Below, in pieces: positions 31,943 through 43,026 of a DNA stretch of 64,000 bases. The number at the start of each line of letters is the position of its first letter. Position 1 is the stretch's first letter. The translations under genes and the position numbers were made by a program. Below the pieces are notes generated by a model. The model searched no databases and had not been told where the DNA came from. It saw only the letters and a program-made list of their open reading frames with translations. The DNA lies in IMG/VR virus record IMGVR_UViG_3300043399_000272, positions 1 to 64,000 of that record. One strand, written 5' to 3'.

Positions 31943-32856
31943 TTAGTTACGAAAACCCAGACAAAGTTAATTGGTTTCTAGTTAGTTGGACGCTTAGTAA
32001 TAAGTGTAACTACCGTTGTAATTATTGCCCCGAACACTTACACAGTGGGTATACGGGTTGGCCTGAATATTCTACAATAGAGCGATTCATTAAAAACTTT
32101 AGTGTAGACAAAGAAATATGCTATAGAATCAGCGGTGGAGAGCCTACATATTGGAAACACTTTATGGGTATGGCACGACTAGTTAAAGAGTGCGGTCATA
32201 CATTTAGCTTTATTACAAACGGTAGTCAGACAGTTGATTATTATATAGATATCAGTAGATATACTGATGGAATGATAATCAGTTATCACCCACAATACGC
32301 CGACATTTCACATATAATTAAAGTTGCTAATAGTGTAGATTGTCCCGTAGCACTTAACTTAATGATGGTTAAGGAAGACTTTAATGAAATGCTTATTACC
32401 GCTAAGAATATCTATGAGAATACGGATAAATTAGCAATATGGCCCAAGATAGTATTAGACAAATCTAATATAGATAATATTTCAAACAAGCCCACTGAGT
32501 ATACACAGGAACAATTAGATATTATAAAGAACTGGCAATATTTCCGCAAACTAGATGATAGTAAACTACATCGTGGAAATATATTATTAGACGGTGTTAA
32601 AACTGACGCAAACGAATTAATATTAAAAGGACAAAACTGTCATAGAAACTGGGAATGCTATGGTGGTTTAGATATGATTAATATAGATATGTGGGGCAAT
32701 ATCTATCGCAGTGACTGTCAAAATGGTGGCCCATTAGGTAATATTGAAAGATATAGATTACCTACAGTACCTATTCGTTGCGATATGAATAGTTGTAACT
32801 GTTTAAGCGATATTTACTTACGCAAAAATAAAATCGAACTCAGGACAAACATCTAA
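31939..32856 (+). CDS. radical SAM protein
   Basis: CNYRCNYC, SGGEPT. Confidence 0.9.
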   Translation: MISYENPDKVNWFLVSWTLSNKCNYRCNYCPEHLHSGYTGWPEYSTIERFIKNFSVDKEICYRISGGEPTYWKHFMGMARLVKECGHTFSFITNGSQTVDYYIDISRYTDGMIISYHPQYADISHIIKVANSVDCPVALNLMMVKEDFNEMLITAKNIYENTDKLAIWPKIVLDKSNIDNISNKPTEYTQEQLDIIKNWQYFRKLDDSKLHRGNILLDGVKTDANELILKGQNCHRNWECYGGLDMINIDMWGNIYRSDCQNGGPLGNIERYRLPTVPIRCDMNSCNCLSDIYLRKNKIELRTNI

Positions 32857-33891
32857 TATATTTGTCCCGCGAATCTCGTCTAATCGTTTAGTATATTCAA
32901 CAAATACAGGCAATTGATCGGCTAATGTAATATCATGCCAAAACCCTGTACCGTGTAATATATCTTTAGGCAATAATGTAGGATTTAAGTACTCGGGCGT
33001 AGTAACAGTATTATTGAAATACATATCATATTTGGGGTAGTTCATTATAAAATACTTCATAGTTTCCCCGAAGTGTCTGACGTTATAAGTCATTACGGTT
33101 CCTGCTAATATAACTCTATCAAACTTATTAAATCGTGGTAAGTTACTTAAAAACTGTTCCCATGTATAGTTTTGTCCCCCGCGGATATATTCATAGAGTT
33201 TACCTGTAGCTTCTACACTAATATGAATCTTGGTTTTAAACTGAGTTAATAGTTCTTCAAACTCTGGATTTTCAGTCGTTCCATTAGTAGATAAATCAAT
33301 TGTTACTTGTTTGTTCAGATTAAGTTCTATTAACTTATTCAACAACTTGATATTACTTTCTTCCATAAAGGGTTCCCCGCCCTTTATATTGACATATTCT
33401 AAGTTCTTTAAATAACTGGGATATTCAAATAACCTATCGATAATATCGTTACTAATGATTCTGTAACCAAAGTCAGGATGATTGATAGGTCTTTCAATAC
33501 CCAACTCATGTAGTTTAATATCTTCTTTAATCCATGCTGTACTATTCACCCCAGAACACATAACGCATTTTAAATTACACTTATTAGATATATTAACTTC
33601 TAAAAATCTGATATCGTTTGTGGGTGTTCTAGGAACGTGACTTAATATCTGGTCAAAGAATATACGACGGCTATGATTATTAATACTTTCTTTCTTTTCG
33701 CATTGAATACATTGTTTAGGTAATATACCTTTTTCTATAGATGTTTGTGTGGATAATAGTCCTGGGTGCTGTAATAAGCTAGGTAAACTATCTTCATGTA
33801 TATTACCATTGCGTCCTGTGTATACACAATCAGGGGTTATGTCCCCATTAAATCTAACACTTATTGCCTTCCAGGGCGCTAAACATTTCAT
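32818..33891 (-). CDS. twitch-domain radical SAM protein
   Basis: CLAPW, CNLKCVMC, KGGEPF. Confidence 0.9.
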   Translation of the reverse strand: MKCLAPWKAISVRFNGDITPDCVYTGRNGNIHEDSLPSLLQHPGLLSTQTSIEKGILPKQCIQCEKKESINNHSRRIFFDQILSHVPRTPTNDIRFLEVNISNKCNLKCVMCSGVNSTAWIKEDIKLHELGIERPINHPDFGYRIISNDIIDRLFEYPSYLKNLEYVNIKGGEPFMEESNIKLLNKLIELNLNKQVTIDLSTNGTTENPEFEELLTQFKTKIHISVEATGKLYEYIRGGQNYTWEQFLSNLPRFNKFDRVILAGTVMTYNVRHFGETMKYFIMNYPKYDMYFNNTVTTPEYLNPTLLPKDILHGTGFWHDITLADQLPVFVEYTKRLDEIRGTNILDVCPEFDFIFA

Positions 33892-35027
33892 AAATCAATT
33901 ACCTCTGATTCAAATCTATCATTGAAAATATACATATGATGTGTTTCTTTTACTGTGTCGTAGCTTAGCACATGTATTTTATCTTTATAAATTACTGGTC
34001 TACCAAACATTTGATTTTCAAAATGATATACTCTAAATATAAGCCCACTCTCATTGATTACAAATATAGGACATTGAGGGGTTCCACCGGGAAAGAACCA
34101 AGCAAAACCCTTGTATTCAATACCCGTTCTATATCTATATTTGCCACCGTGACTAATACCAATATCAATACTTTTACTATCTTTAGTTACTGTATCAAAT
34201 ACTACTCCATAATTACTATCTTGTGTAAATTCGTCCCCATAAGGCATTCCAATAATCTTATTACCTAATCTAACCATGCTATTATACTTCTTAGCAAAGT
34301 CTGGTATATTAAGTTTATGTAATAATACTTCTCCGGTTACCGTGTCAAACTCTACAGCTTCATTTAATCCTGGTTGTTCTCCATATGGCAATGAATATAG
34401 TTTGTTACCTATAGCAATTAAATCTGTAAATTTTCTTGTAATCTCTGGGTTTACAGGTATGTAATAGTATGTGAAGTATTCTCCATTATAACACACTAAA
34501 TCATTGTATCCGGGCTGATCACCTCTAGGCATACTATAATAACTACCGTTACAATATACTGTTCCCATATGTGCTTTTTCAACACTTTCAAAGGGAATTA
34601 ATTCAGGTTTATTATCTTTAATATAGAGACAATATTGTGTGCCACTATAACCTAATGGGAAACTAAATGCTGTTTCATTATCACTTGCCCCGCTGTAAAA
34701 CTGTCCCTTACCTTTAGCTAAAACTTGATGATATTCTGGCTTATCGCCGGATAGTTTCAATACAGTTCCATAATCATTCTCATATATGCCATAGGGTATA
34801 AACCATGAATCATTTCCCACAGTTACAACACAGTTTGTTTTACTAACGGCTGGGGGTAGTTCTGTGTCAATATACGATACAGTTCCGTCATACTTCATTA
34901 TCTTGTTATAATCTACACAACGTTCTGTACTAAAAGGAGGACTAATCAAATATCCATTATGTGTATATAATAATAGATGTTTGATATTACCTTCACGATA
35001 CCAATCTTGAAATGCTTTATAACTCAT
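33888..35027 (-). CDS. beta-propeller-like repeat protein
   Basis: Repeated Y..PYG/PRG units. Confidence 0.6.
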   Translation of the reverse strand: MSYKAFQDWYREGNIKHLLLYTHNGYLISPPFSTERCVDYNKIMKYDGTVSYIDTELPPAVSKTNCVVTVGNDSWFIPYGIYENDYGTVLKLSGDKPEYHQVLAKGKGQFYSGASDNETAFSFPLGYSGTQYCLYIKDNKPELIPFESVEKAHMGTVYCNGSYYSMPRGDQPGYNDLVCYNGEYFTYYYIPVNPEITRKFTDLIAIGNKLYSLPYGEQPGLNEAVEFDTVTGEVLLHKLNIPDFAKKYNSMVRLGNKIIGMPYGDEFTQDSNYGVVFDTVTKDSKSIDIGISHGGKYRYRTGIEYKGFAWFFPGGTPQCPIFVINESGLIFRVYHFENQMFGRPVIYKDKIHVLSYDTVKETHHMYIFNDRFESEVIDL

Positions 35028-36282
35028 TTAAATCTATGGTTTTAATTACTTTTTCAGTTATAGTGTCAAACACTAATATAGTTTGAAACCTATCGCTTTC
35101 GCCGTAAGGGAAAGCAAATATTACATCATCTATTAAAAGACATTGATTATACTTTTCTATCGTGGTATTATCCGTAAAATATTCGCTTATGTCAATAGTA
35201 TAATGGGTATCGTTATTAGTGTCAACGACCAATACTTCCGTTAAATCCCCATATTGTTTCCAATTACTTTCTGGTTCACAAACACATCCTCCGCGAGGAA
35301 TATAATAGATTTTACCTTGACTATTCTCACAGCCCGCAAAATACTTTTTACTTTCTTTGCCTATATTTAAATCGTGTATATAATATACTAGTGAATCACT
35401 GTTGCTATCTATAACTAGCATTTCACTCCAGTCTTCCTCGTGGCCTGCGGGAGGGAAATAAATCTTACCATTTTTAGCGACAGTATGACTATAGTATTTT
35501 CTACTGGTTTCTTTTAATTGGGTATGTTCATAATGCCATTTACCGTTGTTATACATACACAACAAATCAAAGTTTTTATTCTCACTATAGGGCGGGGCAT
35601 ATAGTTTATTATTGGCTTTAGCCAACGTAGTATATTTCTTATTGCTGAAACCCTCTTCGTCAATCTCAAACCACATAGGACTCATATTCGATAGTTTATA
35701 TGAATAATTATCACAATCGAACTCTATTCTATATGGGAAATAGGGCTTTTCTATACGTTCGCCGCGGGGTAATCCATGTATAGTATTACCCAATAATTGT
35801 GTAGTATGCCACTTCTTTTTATCGTTTATGTCACAACATATATTCTTAAAGACAATCGATTTAGTAACTGTGTCAAATATCAAAACAAAATTAAACTCAT
35901 CCTCAGTCCCATAAGGTAACGCAATGATTTTATCTTTATACAAATGTCCTTGAATGTACTTTCCACGTTCTTTAAAGCCTATATTAATGTATGAGACCTC
36001 GTCTGTATTACAATCTACGATTAATATCCTACCCTCGTTATATGGTAAAAAGTATAGTTTCTCATTATGTAATATACCCGTAGTCCACTTCTCAGTCGAT
36101 TCATCTACTGATAATGGAATCTTTTTGATACTGTATGTCTTTGGATTAAGTTTCAACATATAGTTGATTGATTCATTTAATCCATAGGGAGGCAAATAAA
36201 TCATATTATTTGATCCTAAAGTACCATAACTAAATGCCTGCGGCGTCATTAAATCTTTCTCCAAAACCTGAACGTAAGTCAC
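35017..36282 (-). CDS. beta-propeller-like repeat protein
   Basis: Repeated KIY.PP/PYG...LV.D units; the start may be further downstream. Confidence 0.6.
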   Translation of the reverse strand: MTYVQVLEKDLMTPQAFSYGTLGSNNMIYLPPYGLNESINYMLKLNPKTYSIKKIPLSVDESTEKWTTGILHNEKLYFLPYNEGRILIVDCNTDEVSYINIGFKERGKYIQGHLYKDKIIALPYGTEDEFNFVLIFDTVTKSIVFKNICCDINDKKKWHTTQLLGNTIHGLPRGERIEKPYFPYRIEFDCDNYSYKLSNMSPMWFEIDEEGFSNKKYTTLAKANNKLYAPPYSENKNFDLLCMYNNGKWHYEHTQLKETSRKYYSHTVAKNGKIYFPPAGHEEDWSEMLVIDSNSDSLVYYIHDLNIGKESKKYFAGCENSQGKIYYIPRGGCVCEPESNWKQYGDLTEVLVVDTNNDTHYTIDISEYFTDNTTIEKYNQCLLIDDVIFAFPYGESDRFQTILVFDTITEKVIKTIDLNEL

Positions 36283-36682
36283 TGTGTAACTTGTTCATAT
36301 ATTCATACTCACTGTAAATCCCTATGTTGTCCCAGTCAATTAGTTTGAATGTATTGTCGGGACAATATATGATATTGCTTAATACCCAATCACCATGCAC
36401 ATAGGGCTTTGTTTCTTCTATATTCTCTAAACAGTATTGATATACACTTTTAATAAGACTATCAGTATGTTCTAGTTTACTTACCGGGGTGCCAACTATT
36501 TCATTGAAACTTATCCAATTACTACCATATTCATAAACATATTCATGTGATACAAAATGTCGTAATAATCTAACATGCTCAACAATCCATTGAGGCTTGA
36601 CATTATACCATATTTTGATATATTTACCATTCTTGTAAAATACTCTACGACCCTTGTCAATATTAGATTTAACTAAAATCAT
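36230..36682 (-). CDS. small kinase-like (APH/RIO-type) protein
   Basis: HGDWVLSNI and LIDWD motifs. Confidence 0.7.
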   Translation of the reverse strand: MILVKSNIDKGRRVFYKNGKYIKIWYNVKPQWIVEHVRLLRHFVSHEYVYEYGSNWISFNEIVGTPVSKLEHTDSLIKSVYQYCLENIEETKPYVHGDWVLSNIIYCPDNTFKLIDWDNIGIYSEYEYMNKLHSDLRSGFGERFNDAAGI

Positions 36683-37709
36683 AATGTTCTGCTACTAACG
36701 GCAAGTACTCACATATATCTATGTTTCTATGTTGGTCTAATGTCTTTGTCATTGTTACAAACTTATCAACCTCAGACTGATTTATTAGACTATTTTTCAG
36801 ATATTCAGTATGTTTGGGTAGGGCATACTTTTCCCGCATGCTAATTGGCATGTTTTTAATATCAAAATGTGTGGGATTTATCAGTATTGTATCATAATGC
36901 GGTATATTATATCTATCGCAATAGTCCCAAAGTTGTTGAATATATGGATAATTGTATATCTGAATAGTGGGTGTGATACTGACATTCAACCCATATGTAG
37001 CCGAAACATGTAGATTATTCTCTATTGTTCCCCAGTCACTCCCGTAACGTATATAGTCATTAACTTTTCCTATACCATCGATGCTAAAGGCTAAATTAAC
37101 AGTATTAAATTCGCTTAATAAATTCAATAATTTATTATTGGTCAGTGTGCCATTTGTATTAAATCTCAACTGTACGTTTCTATCTAATTTGTCTATGAAC
37201 TTGTCTAAGCCCTTAACCATAAAGGGCTCTCCTCCCGTCAAATAGACTTCTTTTAGTGTAGGAATATTAGCCAATTGATCTATTAAATCTTCACGGAACC
37301 AATTGAATTCTTCTGCTACAATATTTCCCCAGGGACTATTCTTGCCCAATTGTTTATGTTCTAGCATAAGAGAACTAGAACTATGTGGGCCGCACATTAC
37401 ACAGCGTAAATTACATTGATTACTGAATCTGATATCTAAGTGGCTTAACCCCGGGCCATATACCGTTGGACGTTGTCTCATGCTTTGTATTCCAGATTCT
37501 TCATCTGTTTTACAACGTAAGCAACTATCAGGAAAAACATCATTTTCCAATGATTGTTTTGCTTGCTTGTGTACTGGACTGTCTAACCACTGTTCTATTG
37601 TATGTGTTTTAATGTTGTACCCATGGTCTGGTTCTATGCTAGCGCAACATAATCTATACTCGCCGTTGGTTCTGACACAGACTTGATGGTCTAGGTATTT
37701 ACATTTCAT
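36669..37709 (-). CDS. twitch-domain radical SAM protein
   Basis: CNLRCVMC, TGGEPF; start at MKCKY after TAAATA. Confidence 0.9.
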   Translation of the reverse strand: MKCKYLDHQVCVRTNGEYRLCCASIEPDHGYNIKTHTIEQWLDSPVHKQAKQSLENDVFPDSCLRCKTDEESGIQSMRQRPTVYGPGLSHLDIRFSNQCNLRCVMCGPHSSSSLMLEHKQLGKNSPWGNIVAEEFNWFREDLIDQLANIPTLKEVYLTGGEPFMVKGLDKFIDKLDRNVQLRFNTNGTLTNNKLLNLLSEFNTVNLAFSIDGIGKVNDYIRYGSDWGTIENNLHVSATYGLNVSITPTIQIYNYPYIQQLWDYCDRYNIPHYDTILINPTHFDIKNMPISMREKYALPKHTEYLKNSLINQSEVDKFVTMTKTLDQHRNIDICEYLPLVAEHYDFS

Positions 37710-37750
37710 CACATATTTATAGGGTAGTCTATTTTCCATTAAATATCTAC

Positions 37751-38464
37751 ATGTACCCCAAAGAATTAATTGAATTTATTGAAGAAAATAAGAAAAATCA
37801 ATTTCAGCATCGATACCCAGACTTCTTTGACCCAAAATGGGTAGTCACTGAGAGTCACTATCCATGGTTCAGACTGAGTGTATTTGATAATATGCCCTGG
37901 CATGATATGTATCTTGAGGCTGAAAAACTCATAGACAAATTTCACGTACACCGTGACGATTATGGGCATGGATGGCGTAGTTTAACTATTCATGGAGTCA
38001 ATGAGGATAGTCAGAGTTTGAACAGTTATGGTGAACGTGATCAAGTATTAAAAGAGTTACACTATACATGGGTAGCAGAACAATGTCCAACTGTTAAAAA
38101 GTTCTTAACAGATGTATGGCCAGCAGAATATCTAAATCGTGTTCGCTTTATGTTATTAGAGCCCGGGGGCTATATATTACCACATCAGGATAGACCGGAC
38201 AGTGAGCGTAGATTGAGTGTTTGTAATATCAGTTTAAATCACCCAGAGGGCTGTGAATTTATATTTAAAGACCATGGCGTAGTTCCATTTGACAATAATG
38301 GGTCAGCGTTTCTAGTTGATATATCTAATAAACATGCATATATTAACAATTCTGACAAGCCAAGAATTCATATGATAATTCACTATGAAATTGGAAATAA
38401 ATTACGTGATTTCTTCTATGTATTGCGTAAAAGTTATTATACCAATAGGATGAAAAATGCGTGA
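37751..38464 (+). CDS. Asp/Asn beta-hydroxylase-like oxygenase
   Basis: LEPGGYILPHQD...H...N.S...RIH. Confidence 0.8.
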   Translation: MYPKELIEFIEENKKNQFQHRYPDFFDPKWVVTESHYPWFRLSVFDNMPWHDMYLEAEKLIDKFHVHRDDYGHGWRSLTIHGVNEDSQSLNSYGERDQVLKELHYTWVAEQCPTVKKFLTDVWPAEYLNRVRFMLLEPGGYILPHQDRPDSERRLSVCNISLNHPEGCEFIFKDHGVVPFDNNGSAFLVDISNKHAYINNSDKPRIHMIIHYEIGNKLRDFFYVLRKSYYTNRMKNA

Positions 38465-39932
38465 TTGGAATAGCATAACATACGATAGATATCTCAGTGA
38501 CAATAAACTTTACACTAAAGTAGGGCACGGGATATTAGATATTAGCCGTGATATTACTAATGAAAAACTACGTAAAAGAACATTTGATTTAACATTCTGG
38601 ATGGTAAATCAATGCTTGAAAATGGGCTTTGGAACATATCGTGGGTACAATCATAGTATAAAAGAACTGTTAACCGAGAGTTTAAATAACGGTGATGAAT
38701 TGTGTATCATACAAGCACAAGGTATGATGAGTTTAAGATTAGCTCACATCGTTACTTTATCTGTAGACTATTTTAAAAAGAATCCTGATAGTTTTGTAGT
38801 GGGTCATATTATGAACCGTAAGGGTAGATATCCCGGACTACATCGTCAGATATTGATTGTTAATTTAAGTGTATGGGATAAATTAGGACGTCCGGAATAT
38901 TTAGAAAATGGATTTTATTGGGACCGTAAATTTATTGGATGTAATTATTCTGTCAGTGAGAATAAAATAGCCAGTGAATATACTCCCGAATATATAGAAC
39001 CTAGCCCGGGGGAAACTAAGTTTGATGTGACAGAAGATGGCAGTAATTGGATTGACTTAGCACTACGTAATAATATACGCATAGATAATTTAAACTTAGA
39101 AATGCGTGAGTGTAAGGTCTTTATCTATCCATATGAAGAATCCGATAAGTTAATGGAATGTTGGGATAATCTACAGAATATTGCATTGATTGACAGTATA
39201 CAAAACTATGGGGCTAGGTCTTGGTTTCGCAAGCAAAGTTACCAAGAGTTTATTGAAAAAGACAGAGTATATGCTTTCAATACTGAACGATTAAGTGCTG
39301 AGGGTATACGTAGTCCAGGGCCAATAGATAGTTTATATTGTGCGGCAGCGGGTTTCAAACCATTGGCATTGTTACGTAATAATGGTTTCCATGATAAAAC
39401 AGTTGTGCATTACTTTGATTGGTGTCCGGCTAGTCTCAATTATAAAAAGCATTTATTAGAAACATGGGATGGTTACGACTTAGACAAATGGTTATTAGAA
39501 AATGACGGATTATATAATTTTAGCTCTACTTATCGCGGTACTTATTTTGAATTCTGGCAATTGGAGCTAAGTAAAGAATTCGGGTCACGTGAAGAATTTA
39601 AACAGTTATGGGACAGATACCGTAAACTAGAACATCAATATCATATTATTGATATCGTAAACGAACCAGAGAAATTATTTAATTTAATGGGCCCGGGCAA
39701 TAACACATTATGGACTACTAATATATGGGCTAGTCTACAGTTACATTGGAATATAGAACCTGAAATCTTAGAAGAAAAATACAAACATTTTGAGAGTTTG
39801 ATACCAGATAATCTTACATTATACGGACAAGATTACATGGCTAGAGACTTACAAGACCGTGTACGTGGCAATCTAAAATTATCGCACCCACACTATAAAT
39901 CCACCAATAAATATATCAATATGGGACTATAG
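38457..39932 (+). CDS. hypothetical protein (possible transferase)
   Basis: 491-aa ORF in the operon. Confidence 0.7.
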   Translation: MRDWNSITYDRYLSDNKLYTKVGHGILDISRDITNEKLRKRTFDLTFWMVNQCLKMGFGTYRGYNHSIKELLTESLNNGDELCIIQAQGMMSLRLAHIVTLSVDYFKKNPDSFVVGHIMNRKGRYPGLHRQILIVNLSVWDKLGRPEYLENGFYWDRKFIGCNYSVSENKIASEYTPEYIEPSPGETKFDVTEDGSNWIDLALRNNIRIDNLNLEMRECKVFIYPYEESDKLMECWDNLQNIALIDSIQNYGARSWFRKQSYQEFIEKDRVYAFNTERLSAEGIRSPGPIDSLYCAAAGFKPLALLRNNGFHDKTVVHYFDWCPASLNYKKHLLETWDGYDLDKWLLENDGLYNFSSTYRGTYFEFWQLELSKEFGSREEFKQLWDRYRKLEHQYHIIDIVNEPEKLFNLMGPGNNTLWTTNIWASLQLHWNIEPEILEEKYKHFESLIPDNLTLYGQDYMARDLQDRVRGNLKLSHPHYKSTNKYINMGL

Positions 39933-39933
39933 T

Positions 39934-40671
39934 ATGGACAGAGTTATTAAAGACTATGATAGTAAAGATATCACAACAGACTTTTTATACAACACAAATG
40001 ACTGGGATCTTGTTGAATTGAACTATAAACTAGATCCTAACAAGTTAACTAGCTGGTATAAAGAGTTATCTACTAATTTTGACTATATGCGTTTTAGATT
40101 CGACAAGTTTCCCGAGAAACTAGAATTAGAAATAAGCAAACGTATGGTTGAGGAAGGATATTGCGGATATTATTGCGGTCCTATAGATGGTATTACATTA
40201 GCATGGCCCAAAGAAAAATATGAGCCATTACCCCCGCCCGTTCAGGCTAATTTAAGTTTGTTCCCAGAAGTTAATAGAGAGACATTTATTGACGATGCTA
40301 AGATAATGACTAAATTTAAAATGGGCTATTTAAAAGAAATGATAGACGTTTTGGGAGAAGACAGTTTCCGTCAAGCTATTATAACTACACATCATCCCGG
40401 TATGTATATTCGTCAGCATATAGATAGTAAGGTATTAAAACTACATATACCTGTAGAAACGCACGAAAACGCACTATTTCATTTTGGCGAGAATAAAGAA
40501 AGAAGTTACCATATGAAATTGGGACATATCTATATTTTGAATACAGGGTATTGGCACGGTACTACAAATGAGGGCGATAAATTACGCAGTCATATCATTA
40601 CCCGAATAATAGAAAGTCACGTTAGTTACGTATTAGGATTAAACAATGAGGTTAGTACAGAATTACAGTAA
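39934..40671 (+). CDS. Asp/Asn beta-hydroxylase-like oxygenase
   Basis: HID...LHIP...NTG.WHGT.N.G...RSH. Confidence 0.8.
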   Translation: MDRVIKDYDSKDITTDFLYNTNDWDLVELNYKLDPNKLTSWYKELSTNFDYMRFRFDKFPEKLELEISKRMVEEGYCGYYCGPIDGITLAWPKEKYEPLPPPVQANLSLFPEVNRETFIDDAKIMTKFKMGYLKEMIDVLGEDSFRQAIITTHHPGMYIRQHIDSKVLKLHIPVETHENALFHFGENKERSYHMKLGHIYILNTGYWHGTTNEGDKLRSHIITRIIESHVSYVLGLNNEVSTELQ

Positions 40672-41374
40672 CTTGTCAATAGACTTTATCAACAGTAACG
40701 ATTGGGATTTAATTGTACTAAACAAAAAAGTAGACAGTGTAAATCTATTGAATTGGTACGTTGAAATAGAAGATAGATTAAGTTACTTACGCTGTAACTT
40801 ATACAAAAACAAAGACTTATTAAAGCCCGCGGTCAAAGGTTATTTTACTAATAAAGAGAAGGAAAACTTCTTTGATTTGAGTAAAGCAGACGAACGATTA
40901 TTAAACAGTTACGCATTATCTTGGCCAGTACAAAAAGATATACCATTACCCCCGCCCTGGGCATGTAATTTAGAGTTATACCCAGAACTACAAGAATATT
41001 ATAACGGTGACGATTTAATTAAAGATTTTGATTATAATAACTGGGTCTACTTAGACCAATATATGTTTGGGGCATGGAAAAACTTAGTAGATGAAATAGG
41101 TATCTATTTTAGAAACCCAAGAATTGCACAGCATTTAAATGGATTAATATTACCTCAGCATACAGACGGAATGACAGTTAGATTACATATTCCTATTACT
41201 ACAGATAATAGTTATTTCTATTGGGGTGAAACACCCTATAAACTAATGCCCGGAAATATGTACTTAATTAATACTAGATTAAGTCACGGTACAACTAATT
41301 ACGGGCCAACTAGAGCAAACATAATTAGTGATATAGATGATAAAGATATAATGGATATACTATGCTTAAAATGA
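40646..41374 (+). CDS. Asp/Asn beta-hydroxylase-like oxygenase
   Basis: HTD...RLHIP...NT..SHGT.N. Confidence 0.8.
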   Translation: MRLVQNYSNLSIDFINSNDWDLIVLNKKVDSVNLLNWYVEIEDRLSYLRCNLYKNKDLLKPAVKGYFTNKEKENFFDLSKADERLLNSYALSWPVQKDIPLPPPWACNLELYPELQEYYNGDDLIKDFDYNNWVYLDQYMFGAWKNLVDEIGIYFRNPRIAQHLNGLILPQHTDGMTVRLHIPITTDNSYFYWGETPYKLMPGNMYLINTRLSHGTTNYGPTRANIISDIDDKDIMDILCLK

Positions 41375-42006
41375 AACGATATATCCAACACTTTGAACCC
41401 GTAGATTTAGGGTTTGTAGTTAAGAAATACTTCCCAGTTGATATTGATAAACTACGTGAATGGTTCCATAACTTAGAAAATGATTATAACGATTGGAAGT
41501 TTATTATCGGGGAAAATCATCATGTATGGAATGAACCTATTGTAGATATGACAGGACAAACTGGGCATATATTACCCGATGATGTTTATTACTATACACT
41601 ATGTTATAACGGTGACGTAGAAGGACCATTACCCTTTGAGCGCGGATGTGCTAAACCCGAATATCACGATATAGATGAAGATTTATTATATCCTAGAAAA
41701 TGCTTTAATGGATACGCATTGGACTTAATACAGAATATGCCTGTACGCAGTAAACGCTGGTTAGTTACTGTACATACTCCCGGAACTAAATTAATTACAC
41801 ATACTGATAGCCCAGACAAAATACGTGTACATATTCCAATATATACTAACGATGACAGCAATTGGATCATCGACGGAGTAGAATATCATATGGAACCTGG
41901 ATATGCTTATCTAGTTAATACTACTCTTCCGCATAGTGTAGAGAATCGTGGAACTACAAATAGAATACATTTATATGGGAAAGTATGGACAGAGGATTTT
42001 CTATGA
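41362..42006 (+). CDS. Asp/Asn beta-hydroxylase-like oxygenase
   Basis: HTD...RVHIP...PHSVEN...RIH. Confidence 0.8.
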   Translation: MLKMKRYIQHFEPVDLGFVVKKYFPVDIDKLREWFHNLENDYNDWKFIIGENHHVWNEPIVDMTGQTGHILPDDVYYYTLCYNGDVEGPLPFERGCAKPEYHDIDEDLLYPRKCFNGYALDLIQNMPVRSKRWLVTVHTPGTKLITHTDSPDKIRVHIPIYTNDDSNWIIDGVEYHMEPGYAYLVNTTLPHSVENRGTTNRIHLYGKVWTEDFL

Positions 42007-42446
42007 AAGTAACTGTGTATAGTATGAATAATTTTGGTAAGTCAGTATATAATGACGATACTGTAGATGATTATCATCATAGTCGTTTTATCTGTATACA
42101 TAGTACTAACTGGGTACATAGTTTACCATACTTTGATAGACCACATAATAATGTATTGAATCTAAACTTTGACGATGTGAATGATGATTGTACTAAAACC
42201 GTACAATGGTTTAATAATACAACAAAGACTATTACCGCACGTAAAATGACTGTTATTCAAGCTAAACAGATATTAGAATTCGTGGGTAATAGCACAGATA
42301 TTCATGTATATTGTGCTAAGGGTAAAAGCCGTAGTACAGCAGTTGCTAAGTATCTATTAGATAAAAAAAACATAGATAGCTCACATATTAGTGAGTATAA
42401 CCATTATGTATATAATCTATTGAAAGAAGTAGATGTACAAGATTAA
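42003..42446 (+). CDS. Cys-dependent phosphatase-like protein
   Basis: YCAKGKSRS (Cx5R), FDD. Confidence 0.75.
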   Translation: MKVTVYSMNNFGKSVYNDDTVDDYHHSRFICIHSTNWVHSLPYFDRPHNNVLNLNFDDVNDDCTKTVQWFNNTTKTITARKMTVIQAKQILEFVGNSTDIHVYCAKGKSRSTAVAKYLLDKKNIDSSHISEYNHYVYNLLKEVDVQD

Positions 42447-43026
42447 ACGGTTAGATAATATTAAGTTCGATTTAAATGAACTACGTGAATACTATCAAAA
42501 CGTGATAGAAAAATACCCACATCTTAAATGGGAAGCACGGTTAAGTAATATCGATAGAAAAACGCACAAAATAGAAGATGTTTATAGTTATGCTATACAA
42601 ACTAATCTAGTTGATATTAACAAACCCTGTCCTCCTTATCATATTAAACATGATGAACAGATTATAGAATCCGACGACTTCTCTAAGCCAACTGACTTAG
42701 TATTTGGATTTGCTAAAAAAATTATAGATACATTACCCAATGTCAGACAAACGGTTATCAGTTGTCATCCAAAAGGAACTTATATCGATACTCATATAGA
42801 TAATGACGAGTTTTTAAAAATACACATTCCCATATATACTACGGACAGTAGTTATTTCTTTTTTGACGATGAAAAGTTTGTATTAGAAGCCGGGTATGCG
42901 TATCTAGTAAATACCAGCATTAACCACGGCACTGATAATCAAGGTGACAATGATAGAATACATTTTATCACTAAGTTTAGTAAGTCCGATATCGATGTAA
43001 TTTTAAACACAGAATATGAACTTTGA
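42433..43026 (+). CDS. Asp/Asn beta-hydroxylase-like oxygenase
   Basis: HID...IHIP...HGTDN...RIH. Confidence 0.8.
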   Translation: MYKIKRLDNIKFDLNELREYYQNVIEKYPHLKWEARLSNIDRKTHKIEDVYSYAIQTNLVDINKPCPPYHIKHDEQIIESDDFSKPTDLVFGFAKKIIDTLPNVRQTVISCHPKGTYIDTHIDNDEFLKIHIPIYTTDSSYFFFDDEKFVLEAGYAYLVNTSINHGTDNQGDNDRIHFITKFSKSDIDVILNTEYEL

